DNA of 64,000 nt from an uncultured Candidatus Saccharibacteria bacterium (GTDB taxonomy: Bacteria; Patescibacteriota; Saccharimonadia; Saccharimonadales; UBA4665). Of the stretch, positions 16,732-25,120 are shown piece by piece (within the stretch, counting starts at the first letter, position 1; each line of letters opens with the position of its first letter). Position numbers and translations under genes: made by a program. The stretch is from positions 26,087 through 90,086 of the forward strand of contig CAZHYW010000003.1 of the NCBI GenBank assembly GCA_964537115.1. The letters are read 5' to 3'. The notes beneath the pieces are model-generated. The model saw nothing but the letters and a program-made list of their open reading frames with translations, did no database searches and was not told the origin of the DNA.

Positions 16732-17298
16732 TTATAGCTTCTGGTCCCTTATTTTCTTCATACCGGCCAGCATGAGCTTACCGATGTCTTCATAGGCAAT
16801 GCTGTCTACCGCGGTAGTTGCCGGTAGCCACTGAATGTCGCTCAGCCAATCTTCAGGGTGCAACCGCTCGGTATTCCCCAAAGCTTGGACCAGGTAAATG
16901 TGCATGGTCATGAGTACTAGCGTATGGTTGCGGCGGTAGCGGAAGTTTACCTTGCCTAACCAATCGCGTACTTGCATGCTTTGTAGGCCGGTCTCTTCGG
17001 TAATTTCGCGAGCGGCCGTGTCTTTGGGCTCTTCCCCTTCCTCGACATGCCCCTTTGGAATGGTCCAGCGGTTTTTAGCATCCTTTATGAGCAGAATCTC
17101 GAGCTCATTGTTTTTAGGGCTGCGACGAAAGACAATGCCACCAGATGTGGTTTCGTGCACCACTTCCTCTATGGCCGGCCGGCGGGTTACAAATTTGCGG
17201 ATACCCTCAATGGGCTTCCGAATGTTGCTCAAATGGTTTTTAGGGGTGCCCTCGTTCGGAACATTGCTTGGTCGTGGCCGGCGTTTCATAGCTGCCAT
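16732..17298 (-). CDS. NUDIX hydrolase
   Basis: Nudix box GHVEEGEEPKDTAAREITEETGL. Confidence 0.85.
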   Translation of the reverse strand: MAAMKRRPRPSNVPNEGTPKNHLSNIRKPIEGIRKFVTRRPAIEEVVHETTSGGIVFRRSPKNNELEILLIKDAKNRWTIPKGHVEEGEEPKDTAAREITEETGLQSMQVRDWLGKVNFRYRRNHTLVLMTMHIYLVQALGNTERLHPEDWLSDIQWLPATTAVDSIAYEDIGKLMLAGMKKIRDQKL

Positions 17299-17304
17299 AG
17301 CCCC

Positions 17305-17778
17305 TTACGCCGCTCCTGCACTTTCTGCACTGGCCGCTTCGGCGGATTCAGTGCCGTTCAGTTTTTTGAGCGCCGTGCCCAATACGCCGTTTACAAACTT
17401 GCTGGAGTTGTCGCCGCCAAAAGCTTTGGCCAGCTCTACCGCTTCGTTTATAACCACCTTTGGCGGAACGTCCTTGGTAAATTTAAGCTCATACAAGCCC
17501 ATACGCAGCACCACGCGGTCCATACGGGCAATTTGTTCTATGGGCCATTCGGGTGCCAGGGGCCGAAGCTCGTCATCGAGCTCTTTCTCGTGCTTGGCAA
17601 CGCCCTTGACCAACTCTTCTATAAAGAAAACGTCGTCAACAGTCGATTCGTAGCGCGCTATATTGCGCTTGAGCACGGTGCCGAGGTCAAACGAATCATC
17701 GCCGGCTTCGCGGCGAAAATCCTGCTCGTACAGCGTCTGCAGGGCGACTATACGACCGAGGTGGCGGTTGCTTGCCAT
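17305..17778 (-). CDS. nusB: Transcription antitermination factor NusB
   Basis: [13 protein letters not shown]... and the NusB fold pattern. Confidence 0.9.
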   Translation of the reverse strand: MASNRHLGRIVALQTLYEQDFRREAGDDSFDLGTVLKRNIARYESTVDDVFFIEELVKGVAKHEKELDDELRPLAPEWPIEQIARMDRVVLRMGLYELKFTKDVPPKVVINEAVELAKAFGGDNSSKFVNGVLGTALKKLNGTESAEAASAESAGAA

Positions 17779-17798
17779 AGACTTACCCTAAGTAAGGC

Positions 17799-17954
17799 TT
17801 ACTTGGTAGCAGCCAGCTTTTTACCGCTCTCACGCCGAGTGGTGAAAGCTTTGACCGGTGATTTTTTGTTAACCGCGCGGGCCAGTTTAACTATCAAGTG
17901 ACTGCGGCGGGCGCCGGTTGCGCGTGGGCTGGTTCGCTTTTTTGGTTTACCCAT
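17799..17954 (-). CDS. rpmF: 50S ribosomal protein L32 (51 aa, below the ORF-track cutoff)
   Basis: MGKPKKRTSPRATGARRSH matches the bL32 signature PK(K/R)(K/R)TS...RRSH. AAGGAG lies upstream. Confidence 0.8.
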   Translation of the reverse strand: MGKPKKRTSPRATGARRSHLIVKLARAVNKKSPVKAFTTRRESGKKLAATK

Positions 17955-18009
17955 TGTGGTGTGCTAACTCCTTACTTTGAGTTCGGTGTTTAGTTTGTAA
18001 TTACTCTCT

Positions 18010-18038
18010 ATTATACCTTAGGAACGAGGGGAAATCAA
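18010..18038 (-). promoter_or_regulatory. Candidate promoter of the rpmF-nusB-nudix-rnc operon
   Basis: TTGATT-17 nt-TATAAT on the minus strand. Confidence 0.5.
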
Positions 18039-18250
18039 AGCCTGCTTTGAGCTATCCGTGTAGTTCCATATGCCTCAAGTCGTGGCCTTCGTAGGTTCCG
18101 GCCTTAATCGAAATCATTTCCCATTTACTAGCGGCGAGCTAATTGAGAGGAAGCAGACTTGCGTTCACCTATATATGGTGGTATTAATGATGTCATGATA
18201 ATTGCTGCAACCGCTGCGATGTACGGCGCTCAGCATGGCCATTGGGGGGC

Positions 18251-18517
18251 ATGTCGCCAGAGGAACCTCCGAAGGTACGGGACCGTGACCCTAGACCCAT
18301 GAACCCTCGATTGCGAGTCGTCCTCGCCGGGTTTAGTTTAGTGTTTGCCGGACTCAGTCTAGAGGGGTCAACCGCGCCGGTGCAGCCAGAGGGGATTCAT
18401 GCTGAGGCGATTGCAGGGGCTAGAGGTCCAGCTCATCCGGTCAGCGAGCTGCTGGCAACCGCTGCCCTCGTGGAAGCCCACCCTCTGAACAACACACCCA
18501 GTTCCCAGGCCGTATAA
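18251..18517 (+). CDS. Doubtful small membrane protein
   Basis: ORF with one hydrophobic segment (VVLAGFSLVFAGLSL), no clear SD and a GC-rich sequence. Weak call. Confidence 0.2.
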   Translation: MSPEEPPKVRDRDPRPMNPRLRVVLAGFSLVFAGLSLEGSTAPVQPEGIHAEAIAGARGPAHPVSELLATAALVEAHPLNNTPSSQAV

Positions 18518-18549
18518 GAAGCCGGGAATTCAGTTACTTACGGGACCCT

Positions 18550-21051
18550 CTACACAATTACAAAATTGAGCAGCCTGCCGGGGACGTAGATGGTCTTTTT
18601 AACTTCTTTGTCAGCCAGATAGGTCGCGACACGCTCACTGTGCTTGGCGGCCCGCTCCACATGCTCCTGAGTAGCATCGGCCGGCACCTGCACCTCGGCA
18701 CGAAGCTTGCCGTTTACCTGCACGGCGATGTTTATGGTGTCGGTGGCCAGGTATTGCTGGTCGTAGGTGGGCCAACTGTCGCGGTGAACGGAAGTGGAGT
18801 GGCCCAGCTGGTGCCAAAGCTCTTCAGCAATGTAGGGCGCGAACGGCGCAATACAAGCCACTAGGCCAGCTAACGCTTCGTGCCAGACTTCGTGCTGGCC
18901 AAACGCGCTGGTTTTGAGCTTATACAGTTCGTTCACACACGTCATGCTGGCAGCAATGGCGGTGTTGTAGCGATTAGCCTCTATGTCTTCCGTCATTTTA
19001 CGGATCATGGCATGTACCGAGCGGCGGATGGCCCTCTGTTGCTCGTCTGTCAGCTCAATGGCTCCAGCCTCATTGTACTCACCCACCAGTGTCCACATAC
19101 GGCTTAAGAACCGGTGCGTGCCTGGCACACCCTGCGGGTCCCATTTTGTCCAAAGTTCAAGCGGCGCAGCAAACATCAGGTAGGTACGCAGCGCATCAGC
19201 ACCATAGCCCTGGTTGATGATATCCAGCGGATCAATAACTACTCCTTTGGATTTTGAGAACATGGAGCCATCGGTGTTCACAACCTTGCCGTTAAAGACA
19301 AATTGCTTGAACGGCTCAGCTTCATTCACCAGTCCCAGCTTCTTGAAGAAGTGACCTATGAAGCGGGCGTACAACAGGTGCGCCGTGGCGTGGTCAGCAC
19401 CGTTGTAGAAGTCCACGGGTTCCCAGTGCTTAGCCATTTCCGGGTCGAAGGCCCGCTGCTGGTTGTGTGGGTCCATGTAGCGGTACATATACCAGCTGCT
19501 GCAGATGTAGGTGTCCAGCGTGTCGGTTTCGCGCTCAGCCGGGCCGCCACATTGCGGACAGTCTACACTCAGCCAGTCTTTGGCGCGGGCCAGGGCGCTG
19601 CGGCCATCGCCGCTGGGTTGGAAATCGTCTAGCTCCGGCAATACAACCGGCAGTTGCTCATCTGTTACGAGCACGTTGCCACACTTCTCACAGTGGATAA
19701 TCGGAATGGGCGCGCCCCAGTACCGCTGCCGGCTGACGCTCCAGTCCCGCATGCGGTAGTTCACCACCCGCTTGCCCATACCATGCGCTTCCATGTGATC
19801 CATCATCTTTTCGGTAGCTTCGTGAATATCCAAGCCATTCAGGAATTCCGAATTAACCATCTTGCCGTCTTCCTCTTGCACCTGTGATGCGTCGGTGATG
19901 GGGGAGGTATCACCGTCAGCACTGACCACTACCCGTTCAACCGGTAGATCAAATGCCTTGGCAAACTCAAAGTCACGAATGTCATGCCCAGGAACACCGA
20001 CCACCGCGCCAGTCCCAAAACCGGCTAGTACAAAGTCGGCGACCCAGATAGGTAAGCGTCTATTATTTAAGGTATTGACGGCGTATAGGCCCGTAAATGC
20101 TCCCGTTTTCTTGCGGCCCTCTTGCTGGCGCTCAACCTCAGTTTTTGCAGCTGTAGCTTTAGCGTACGTCGCGGCTTCCTGAGAGCGATCCACATTGTCC
20201 TTGGCCTTAAGCGACCCATTAGCGATCGCCACCGCTAACTCGTGCTCGGGGGAAATAACTATGAACGTAGCACCAAAGTTGGTGTCGGGCCGGGTAGTAA
20301 ATACCGTGACGTCATGAGGCTCGGCGACATTGTCGATCTGGTAGGTGATCTCTACGCCAGTCTTACGCCCTATCCAGTTTTTCTGGGCCAGCTTTACGCT
20401 TTCGGTCCAATCCAGGGCGTCGGTGGCCTCTAGCAGCTCGTCGGCGTAGTCGGTGATTTTGAAGAACCACTGCTTAATTTCCTTTTTCTCGACCAGGGGG
20501 TCATCGGGCCCATCGTGGCGCCAGCATTTACCGTCAATTACCTGTTCGTTGGCCAGCACCGTAGCATCCTTTTCGCACCACCATTGCATGCGGCTGTCTT
20601 GGTAGGCCAGGCCGTTCCTAAACATCTCGCTAAAAATCCACTGTGTCCATTTGTAGTATTCAGGCAAGTGTGTGGCGATTTCTTTTTCCCAGTCGTTGCT
20701 CCAGCCCATAGCCTTGTACTGTTTGTGGTAGCCGGGGATGATGGTAGCCATGGACTCCTGCGGGCTCACGCCGGCTTTAATGGCGTAGTTTTCGGCCGGC
20801 AAGCCAAAAGCGTCCCAGCCCACTGGGTGGTAGCTTTCGAAGCCCTGTTGCCGCTTAAAACGAGCTTTTACATCGCTAATGGTGTAGTTCATGGCATGGC
20901 CAATGTGGATCCCAGCGCCACTGGGGTAGTTGAACATGCTCATTGCCAAGTACTTGGGCTTTTTGGTTTGCAGGTCGGTGGTATACACCCCTGTCTCGTC
21001 CCAAATTGCCTGCCACTTAGGCTCTATTTCCTTCGGATTGTATCGTTGCAT
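18550..21051 (-). CDS. leuS: Leucine--tRNA ligase
   Basis: 833 aa with HIGH-type motif (PSGAGIHIGHAMNY), KMSKS-type motif (SMFSKSKG) and a CP1 editing domain. Confidence 0.97.
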   Translation of the reverse strand: MQRYNPKEIEPKWQAIWDETGVYTTDLQTKKPKYLAMSMFNYPSGAGIHIGHAMNYTISDVKARFKRQQGFESYHPVGWDAFGLPAENYAIKAGVSPQESMATIIPGYHKQYKAMGWSNDWEKEIATHLPEYYKWTQWIFSEMFRNGLAYQDSRMQWWCEKDATVLANEQVIDGKCWRHDGPDDPLVEKKEIKQWFFKITDYADELLEATDALDWTESVKLAQKNWIGRKTGVEITYQIDNVAEPHDVTVFTTRPDTNFGATFIVISPEHELAVAIANGSLKAKDNVDRSQEAATYAKATAAKTEVERQQEGRKKTGAFTGLYAVNTLNNRRLPIWVADFVLAGFGTGAVVGVPGHDIRDFEFAKAFDLPVERVVVSADGDTSPITDASQVQEEDGKMVNSEFLNGLDIHEATEKMMDHMEAHGMGKRVVNYRMRDWSVSRQRYWGAPIPIIHCEKCGNVLVTDEQLPVVLPELDDFQPSGDGRSALARAKDWLSVDCPQCGGPAERETDTLDTYICSSWYMYRYMDPHNQQRAFDPEMAKHWEPVDFYNGADHATAHLLYARFIGHFFKKLGLVNEAEPFKQFVFNGKVVNTDGSMFSKSKGVVIDPLDIINQGYGADALRTYLMFAAPLELWTKWDPQGVPGTHRFLSRMWTLVGEYNEAGAIELTDEQQRAIRRSVHAMIRKMTEDIEANRYNTAIAASMTCVNELYKLKTSAFGQHEVWHEALAGLVACIAPFAPYIAEELWHQLGHSTSVHRDSWPTYDQQYLATDTINIAVQVNGKLRAEVQVPADATQEHVERAAKHSERVATYLADKEVKKTIYVPGRLLNFVIV

Positions 21052-21070
21052 AGTCTCTATCTTACCAGTC

Positions 21071-21502
21071 CTACCCCTTAAGCAGCGAGAATTTCTTGGT
21101 TAGCGCGTTTAGCTTGTCTATTTCGCCAAACATCACTACCGCCCAATATTCCAATTCGATCTCAGGAGTAGCGGCAGTACGTTCCTGCTGCTCGGCATAG
21201 GTTCCCACTGTCATAGTGCTCGTAAAATCGGTGAAATATACACTCTGCTCCACCAAATTGTTCCGCAGTGTGCGCAGCTGGTTGCTGTTATCTGCCTGCA
21301 AGATTATAAATGGATTATCAGAGATGTTGGCATGTGCATTGCCATCTTTGTCGGTGTAGTCATCTAAACGCATTTCTGCCGGCACGGGGTAGGACCCAGC
21401 CAGTCCCGCTGTGGCATGCGCCAGGGCGTTCATAACTTGCCCGGCCGGAATCTTCTTGTTTAATACAGCTACGAATTTGTGCGTAACAGGGATGTAGGCC
21501 AT
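21071..21502 (-). CDS. DUF2000-like protein (PTH2-fold superfamily)
   Basis: 143 aa. The pattern KFVAVLNKKIPAGQVMNALAHATAGL...YWAVVMFGE resembles DUF2000. Its start overlaps the AlaX stop as TAATG. Confidence 0.6.
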   Translation of the reverse strand: MAYIPVTHKFVAVLNKKIPAGQVMNALAHATAGLAGSYPVPAEMRLDDYTDKDGNAHANISDNPFIILQADNSNQLRTLRNNLVEQSVYFTDFTSTMTVGTYAEQQERTAATPEIELEYWAVVMFGEIDKLNALTKKFSLLKG

Positions 21503-22239
21503 TAGTTAATTCCCTCCACTCGGTAGCTTACTTTGGTAACACCCTTCTTAGATTTTACTTTTGCAATCTCCACCTTGCCGATCTCTGTTACCGCCTGGAC
21601 GTGCGTACCGCCACACGGGACGCCAAAGTTATCGGCGTAGAGGACTATGCGCGACGGCTTGTTGGTGGGCAGATTGGCAGGAACATGGCGGCAGTACTTG
21701 CCCATTTCGCCAGCCGGCATAAACATAACCTGATTTTGGTAGTCACTAGTACTTAGTTCGTCTACCTTGGCCTGGATGGCCTGCTGTGTGGCATCGTCGG
21801 CCTCAAAATCGCCCGTGTCATACTCCACAAACGCCATGTGTGGGTAGTGTGCACCCTTGCCCGGCACCCACGGTAAGCCAAGAGCATCTACCGCCATGTC
21901 TACAAGATGGCCTGCCGAGTGCAAACGCGTGTTGGCTTGTCGGCGGTCTTCGTCCACAGCGCAGTGCACGTCTTGACCTATCGTAAACGCACCGTTAGTG
22001 AATGTCCCATAATGCTGCACCACTCCGTTCTCATCCAACCGCACCGTGGCTACGGTAAACTGTGCATCGTCAGAACTAATGGCGCCCGTGTCCCAGTCCT
22101 GGCCGCCGCCACGCGGGTAAAAACAGGTTTGGTCTAGTTCCACCACCATTTGGTCGTCTTCGGCCGCGTACACATTCACCACCTGAGCATCGGCTGTGGT
22201 AATGCCGAACCCCTCCAAATATAGTAATTTCGTTGCCAT
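21502..22239 (-). CDS. alaX: AlaX-M-type free-standing alanyl-tRNA editing protein
   Basis: Zn/editing motifs HSAGHLV (HxxxH) and CGGTHV (CxxxH). 245 aa. Confidence 0.85.
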   Translation of the reverse strand: MATKLLYLEGFGITTADAQVVNVYAAEDDQMVVELDQTCFYPRGGGQDWDTGAISSDDAQFTVATVRLDENGVVQHYGTFTNGAFTIGQDVHCAVDEDRRQANTRLHSAGHLVDMAVDALGLPWVPGKGAHYPHMAFVEYDTGDFEADDATQQAIQAKVDELSTSDYQNQVMFMPAGEMGKYCRHVPANLPTNKPSRIVLYADNFGVPCGGTHVQAVTEIGKVEIAKVKSKKGVTKVSYRVEGIN

Positions 22240-22384
22240 AGGTTTCCTTCCGCCTGTCGGTAAAAGTTGGTTGAAGTAAGATTGGTATGTAAAGAATAAT
22301 TCACCCTAACGGGCGAGAAAGAGGTTGAGCCAGAGGAATTGTTTGCTCATAGTGTCCATACCATACCACATATAGCGCATACCG

Positions 22385-24004
22385 TCACCCAGGAAATTGG
22401 CGGGCTTTTACCTTTAGCCAGCCAGGGCTTTGGCGAACCAACATAGCAGCATCTTCAGGATTGGCTAGCAGCATTTTGAGCGCCTCCTCCGTAAAGACAC
22501 CGTTTTGCGAGCCTTTGGCCAGCACCACACCACCCTTTTGCAGCTTACCAGACACATATGCTCCCGCATCGTAGGGGCTTGTAAAACAGTGCACCAGACA
22601 GCCGCGTTCACGGGCCATCGGAGCCAACCATTTTTTAGCCATGGCGCCTACCGTAACTACAACCGCTAGCTTTTTGGGGTCGCAATACTCACCAACTTCT
22701 TCGTGAGCTTGCTGACTATAATCGCCCAGTTCGTTCATGCTACCCAAAATGGCTATACGCTGTTTGGTACGAGCCGCGTAGAGCACATCCAGCGCCGCTT
22801 TTACCGACGTAGGACTGGCGTTGTATGTGTCATCTAACAGCCGGCTGTCCTTTACGCCATTGAGTAGTTGCAGGCGACCGGCAAATGGCTTGAGCTGCGG
22901 CAAACCCTTAGCGATAGCCGTTTTTTGGACACCCAGCATATCGGCCACAGCGGCAGCGGCTAGCGCAATCTTAGCGCCTTGGTGGCCCATGTACTGTACT
23001 TTAGCCACCGCCTGGCCTTTCGGTAGTCGCAGTTCCAGTGTTTGGCCTTCCAAGCCACTACGCGTTATCCGAGCTCCGTACTGTGCTTGACTGCTCGCAA
23101 GGCTGTATTCGGTAAACTCACAGCCCGCCAGATATTCGCCGGCTATATCGTCCCCGTTTACTAGCACATGCTTGCTGTAGCTAAACACCTGCAGTTCTTC
23201 TAGTGCCACCTGGTCGACGGTACCAAACTCACCTAAGTGCTCTGCCGCTACGGCTGTCACGACCGTAATGTCTGGCTTTAGGTAGGCAAACTGCTCCATC
23301 TGGCCCGGTGCATCGGTGCCCAATTCCACCACTACTACGTCGTAAGGATACGGCAGGGCAATCTCTGACTGACTAACTCCAAAAGCTTTTAGCCAAGCAA
23401 ACACATTGAACAGGCTCGGCTCTTCTAGGCCAAAAAACACCAGTGGCACCGTAACTCGGTCGTTATAGTTACCGGTCTGGTAGCGTACCCGCAAAGTTTG
23501 CCCTAGCAGATTGGCTATGGCCAGTTTAGTGCTGGTTTTGCCCACCGAACCCACCACGGCCACCACCTTAAAACGGTGTCGAGCGCGGAGTTGCCGGACC
23601 TGCCATTCCAGTACCGTGCACACCAGGCTGCGGCCAGCTTTCTTAGGATGTGCAGCCAGCCACAGCAGGTTCCACCCCCAAGCAAGCATTACAACCACAT
23701 GCGCCCACACGAGCGGATAGGAAAGAATGAGCGCCATACCGAACTCCCAGGCGCCGGTCGTACCAAAGCGCGCCCATTCCACCAAAAAACCTATGCCGAC
23801 GCCTAATTGGGTCAGCATGGCCGCGCCCAAAAAGACCGCTAGCGGCCGCTGCAGGTCAGACAGTTCCGCCTGAGTGCGAAACGTTTTGGTAGTCCAGATC
23901 CACCTGAATAGTCGCCAGCCGGAGTAGCGCCGTTTACGCAGCTCGGCTAGCACTGCGACTGCAAACACCGGGCTAAACAGATGGCCGAGGTTACGAGGGC
24001 TCAT
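22385..24004 (-). CDS. murF: UDP-MurNAc-tripeptide--D-Ala-D-Ala ligase (MurF-type Mur ligase) with a hydrophobic N-terminal extension
   Basis: P-loop VVGSVGKTSTK plus DDTYNASP...ILGSMNELG. The first 130 aa or so contain predicted TM helices in place of a standard N-domain. Confidence 0.85.
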   Translation of the reverse strand: MSPRNLGHLFSPVFAVAVLAELRKRRYSGWRLFRWIWTTKTFRTQAELSDLQRPLAVFLGAAMLTQLGVGIGFLVEWARFGTTGAWEFGMALILSYPLVWAHVVVMLAWGWNLLWLAAHPKKAGRSLVCTVLEWQVRQLRARHRFKVVAVVGSVGKTSTKLAIANLLGQTLRVRYQTGNYNDRVTVPLVFFGLEEPSLFNVFAWLKAFGVSQSEIALPYPYDVVVVELGTDAPGQMEQFAYLKPDITVVTAVAAEHLGEFGTVDQVALEELQVFSYSKHVLVNGDDIAGEYLAGCEFTEYSLASSQAQYGARITRSGLEGQTLELRLPKGQAVAKVQYMGHQGAKIALAAAAVADMLGVQKTAIAKGLPQLKPFAGRLQLLNGVKDSRLLDDTYNASPTSVKAALDVLYAARTKQRIAILGSMNELGDYSQQAHEEVGEYCDPKKLAVVVTVGAMAKKWLAPMARERGCLVHCFTSPYDAGAYVSGKLQKGGVVLAKGSQNGVFTEEALKMLLANPEDAAMLVRQSPGWLKVKARQFPG

Positions 24005-24115
24005 ATGCCTAGTATTGTTTCATTTTTGAGGCACGGCTGCAATTCGCTTATGCCAAAATCCTTATGTCGTAACAAGGATTGGCGCCTATGGCGCTCGCCT
24101 TACGCTTATGGTTAA

Positions 24116-24748
24116 ATGTGCTCTAAGATGTCTCGTCTGTCGTCGCGGCTTTGGTCTTTTGTGCCTACTTCGTTCGAAACGTGGTGCGTACTGTTTGTGT
24201 CGCTCGCCATCGTGGCACTGGGGAACGCCCAGATTATATTGGCACGCTTTGGGTTAGTACAGTCTTCCGAACTGGTGCAAGCCAGATTAGGACATGGTGT
24301 TACGAGCGGCCTGACTAAGCTCGACTCGTTCACCATTACCCAAACGGCCGCAACGTTTCTAGTGTGGGCCGGTATTGGGCTAGTAGCCTTTAGCTTTGTG
24401 TACGCTGTGCTGCGTACGTCGGAGCGCATAGAGTACCGCAAAGCTCTCAGCTCTAACGAATACATTCATCCCGCCGCTTTTAACCGTGCCAGCTTTATGC
24501 GAACGGCTATTACCGGCGCACTGTTGTCGTTTACCACTCTGGTGCTCTTTTTGGCCGGCACAGCCCTGTATCTGCATTATGTTATGCCAAGTAGTTTTGT
24601 GCATATTCGACGGTTCTTACTACTAGACCCTAGCCTAAGCCATTTTGGCTCGCTTTGCCTAGGCGCTATGGCCCTGTTTGCCGGCACATACGTACTATAT
24701 GCACTAGGCAGGCTAACAGTGTGGTCCCACCGCACCCACCGCATTTAA
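24116..24748 (+). CDS. Hypothetical integral membrane protein
   Basis: 210-aa ORF with 4-5 hydrophobic segments. Confidence 0.55.
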   Translation: MCSKMSRLSSRLWSFVPTSFETWCVLFVSLAIVALGNAQIILARFGLVQSSELVQARLGHGVTSGLTKLDSFTITQTAATFLVWAGIGLVAFSFVYAVLRTSERIEYRKALSSNEYIHPAAFNRASFMRTAITGALLSFTTLVLFLAGTALYLHYVMPSSFVHIRRFLLLDPSLSHFGSLCLGAMALFAGTYVLYALGRLTVWSHRTHRI

Positions 24749-24841
24749 CCCCCTGGAAATTGCTGTACTCATCTGTTATACTCGTCCTGTTCGCATTTAA
24801 TTTGGGGCTCCCAGCCGCAAAGCGACTTGAAGCCCTGGGAA

Positions 24842-24973
24842 AAGAGCAGCCGGACAAAATCTATTCGATTTTGCCCGCGCGATGATAGATGAACCGAAGG
24901 TAAATCTATATGCAGAGCCGGAGTATTTGTCTGTGCGAAGCTATATAAAAACCGTAGGTTTGTCTCATTACCC
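24842..24973 (+). repeat. Modular intergenic repeat, long form (copy A), directly upstream of tRNA-Ala
   Basis: AAGAGCAGCCGGA-[CAAAATC-TATTC-GATTTTG]-CCCGCGCGATG, followed by a 67-nt module that is near-identical to 31545-31611. Confidence 0.85.
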
Positions 24974-24978
24974 GACGC

Positions 24979-25055
24979 GGGGACGTAGCTCAGTTGATTA
25001 GAGCGCCTGCATGGCATGCAGGAGGTCGTGGGTTTGAATCCCGTCGTCTCCACCA
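24979..25055 (+). tRNA. tRNA-Ala(GGC), CCA encoded
   Basis: Cloverleaf folded by hand. Acceptor GGGGACG/CGTCTCC has G3:U70, the anticodon loop is AUGGCAU, the T-loop is TTTGAAT and the discriminator is A. Confidence 0.92.
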
Positions 25056-25095
25056 AAGAAAATACCGGTCACACTATGCGACCGGTATTTTCTTT
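25056..25095. terminator. Strong bidirectional terminator
   Basis: Perfect 16-bp stem AAAGAAAATACCGGTC/GACCGGTATTTTCTTT with a 9-nt loop and A/T runs on both sides. Confidence 0.85.
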
Positions 25096-25120
25096 GGTGT
25101 TTGGATAAAAGATCAGTGGG

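Noticed and set aside
16952-17901. Plus-strand ORFs of 233 and 284 aa spanning the Nudix, nusB and rpmF region.
   Set aside because: They are fully antisense to three well-supported minus-strand genes and show shadow-ORF composition.
24907-24945. Promoter for tRNA-Ala inside the repeat (TTTGTC ... TATATA).
   Set aside because: The spacing between the -35-like and -10-like hexamers is only about 9-11 nt. A better-spaced candidate, TGGAAA-17-(TGT)TATACT, lies upstream at about 24755-24785, which puts the repeat within the transcribed leader.
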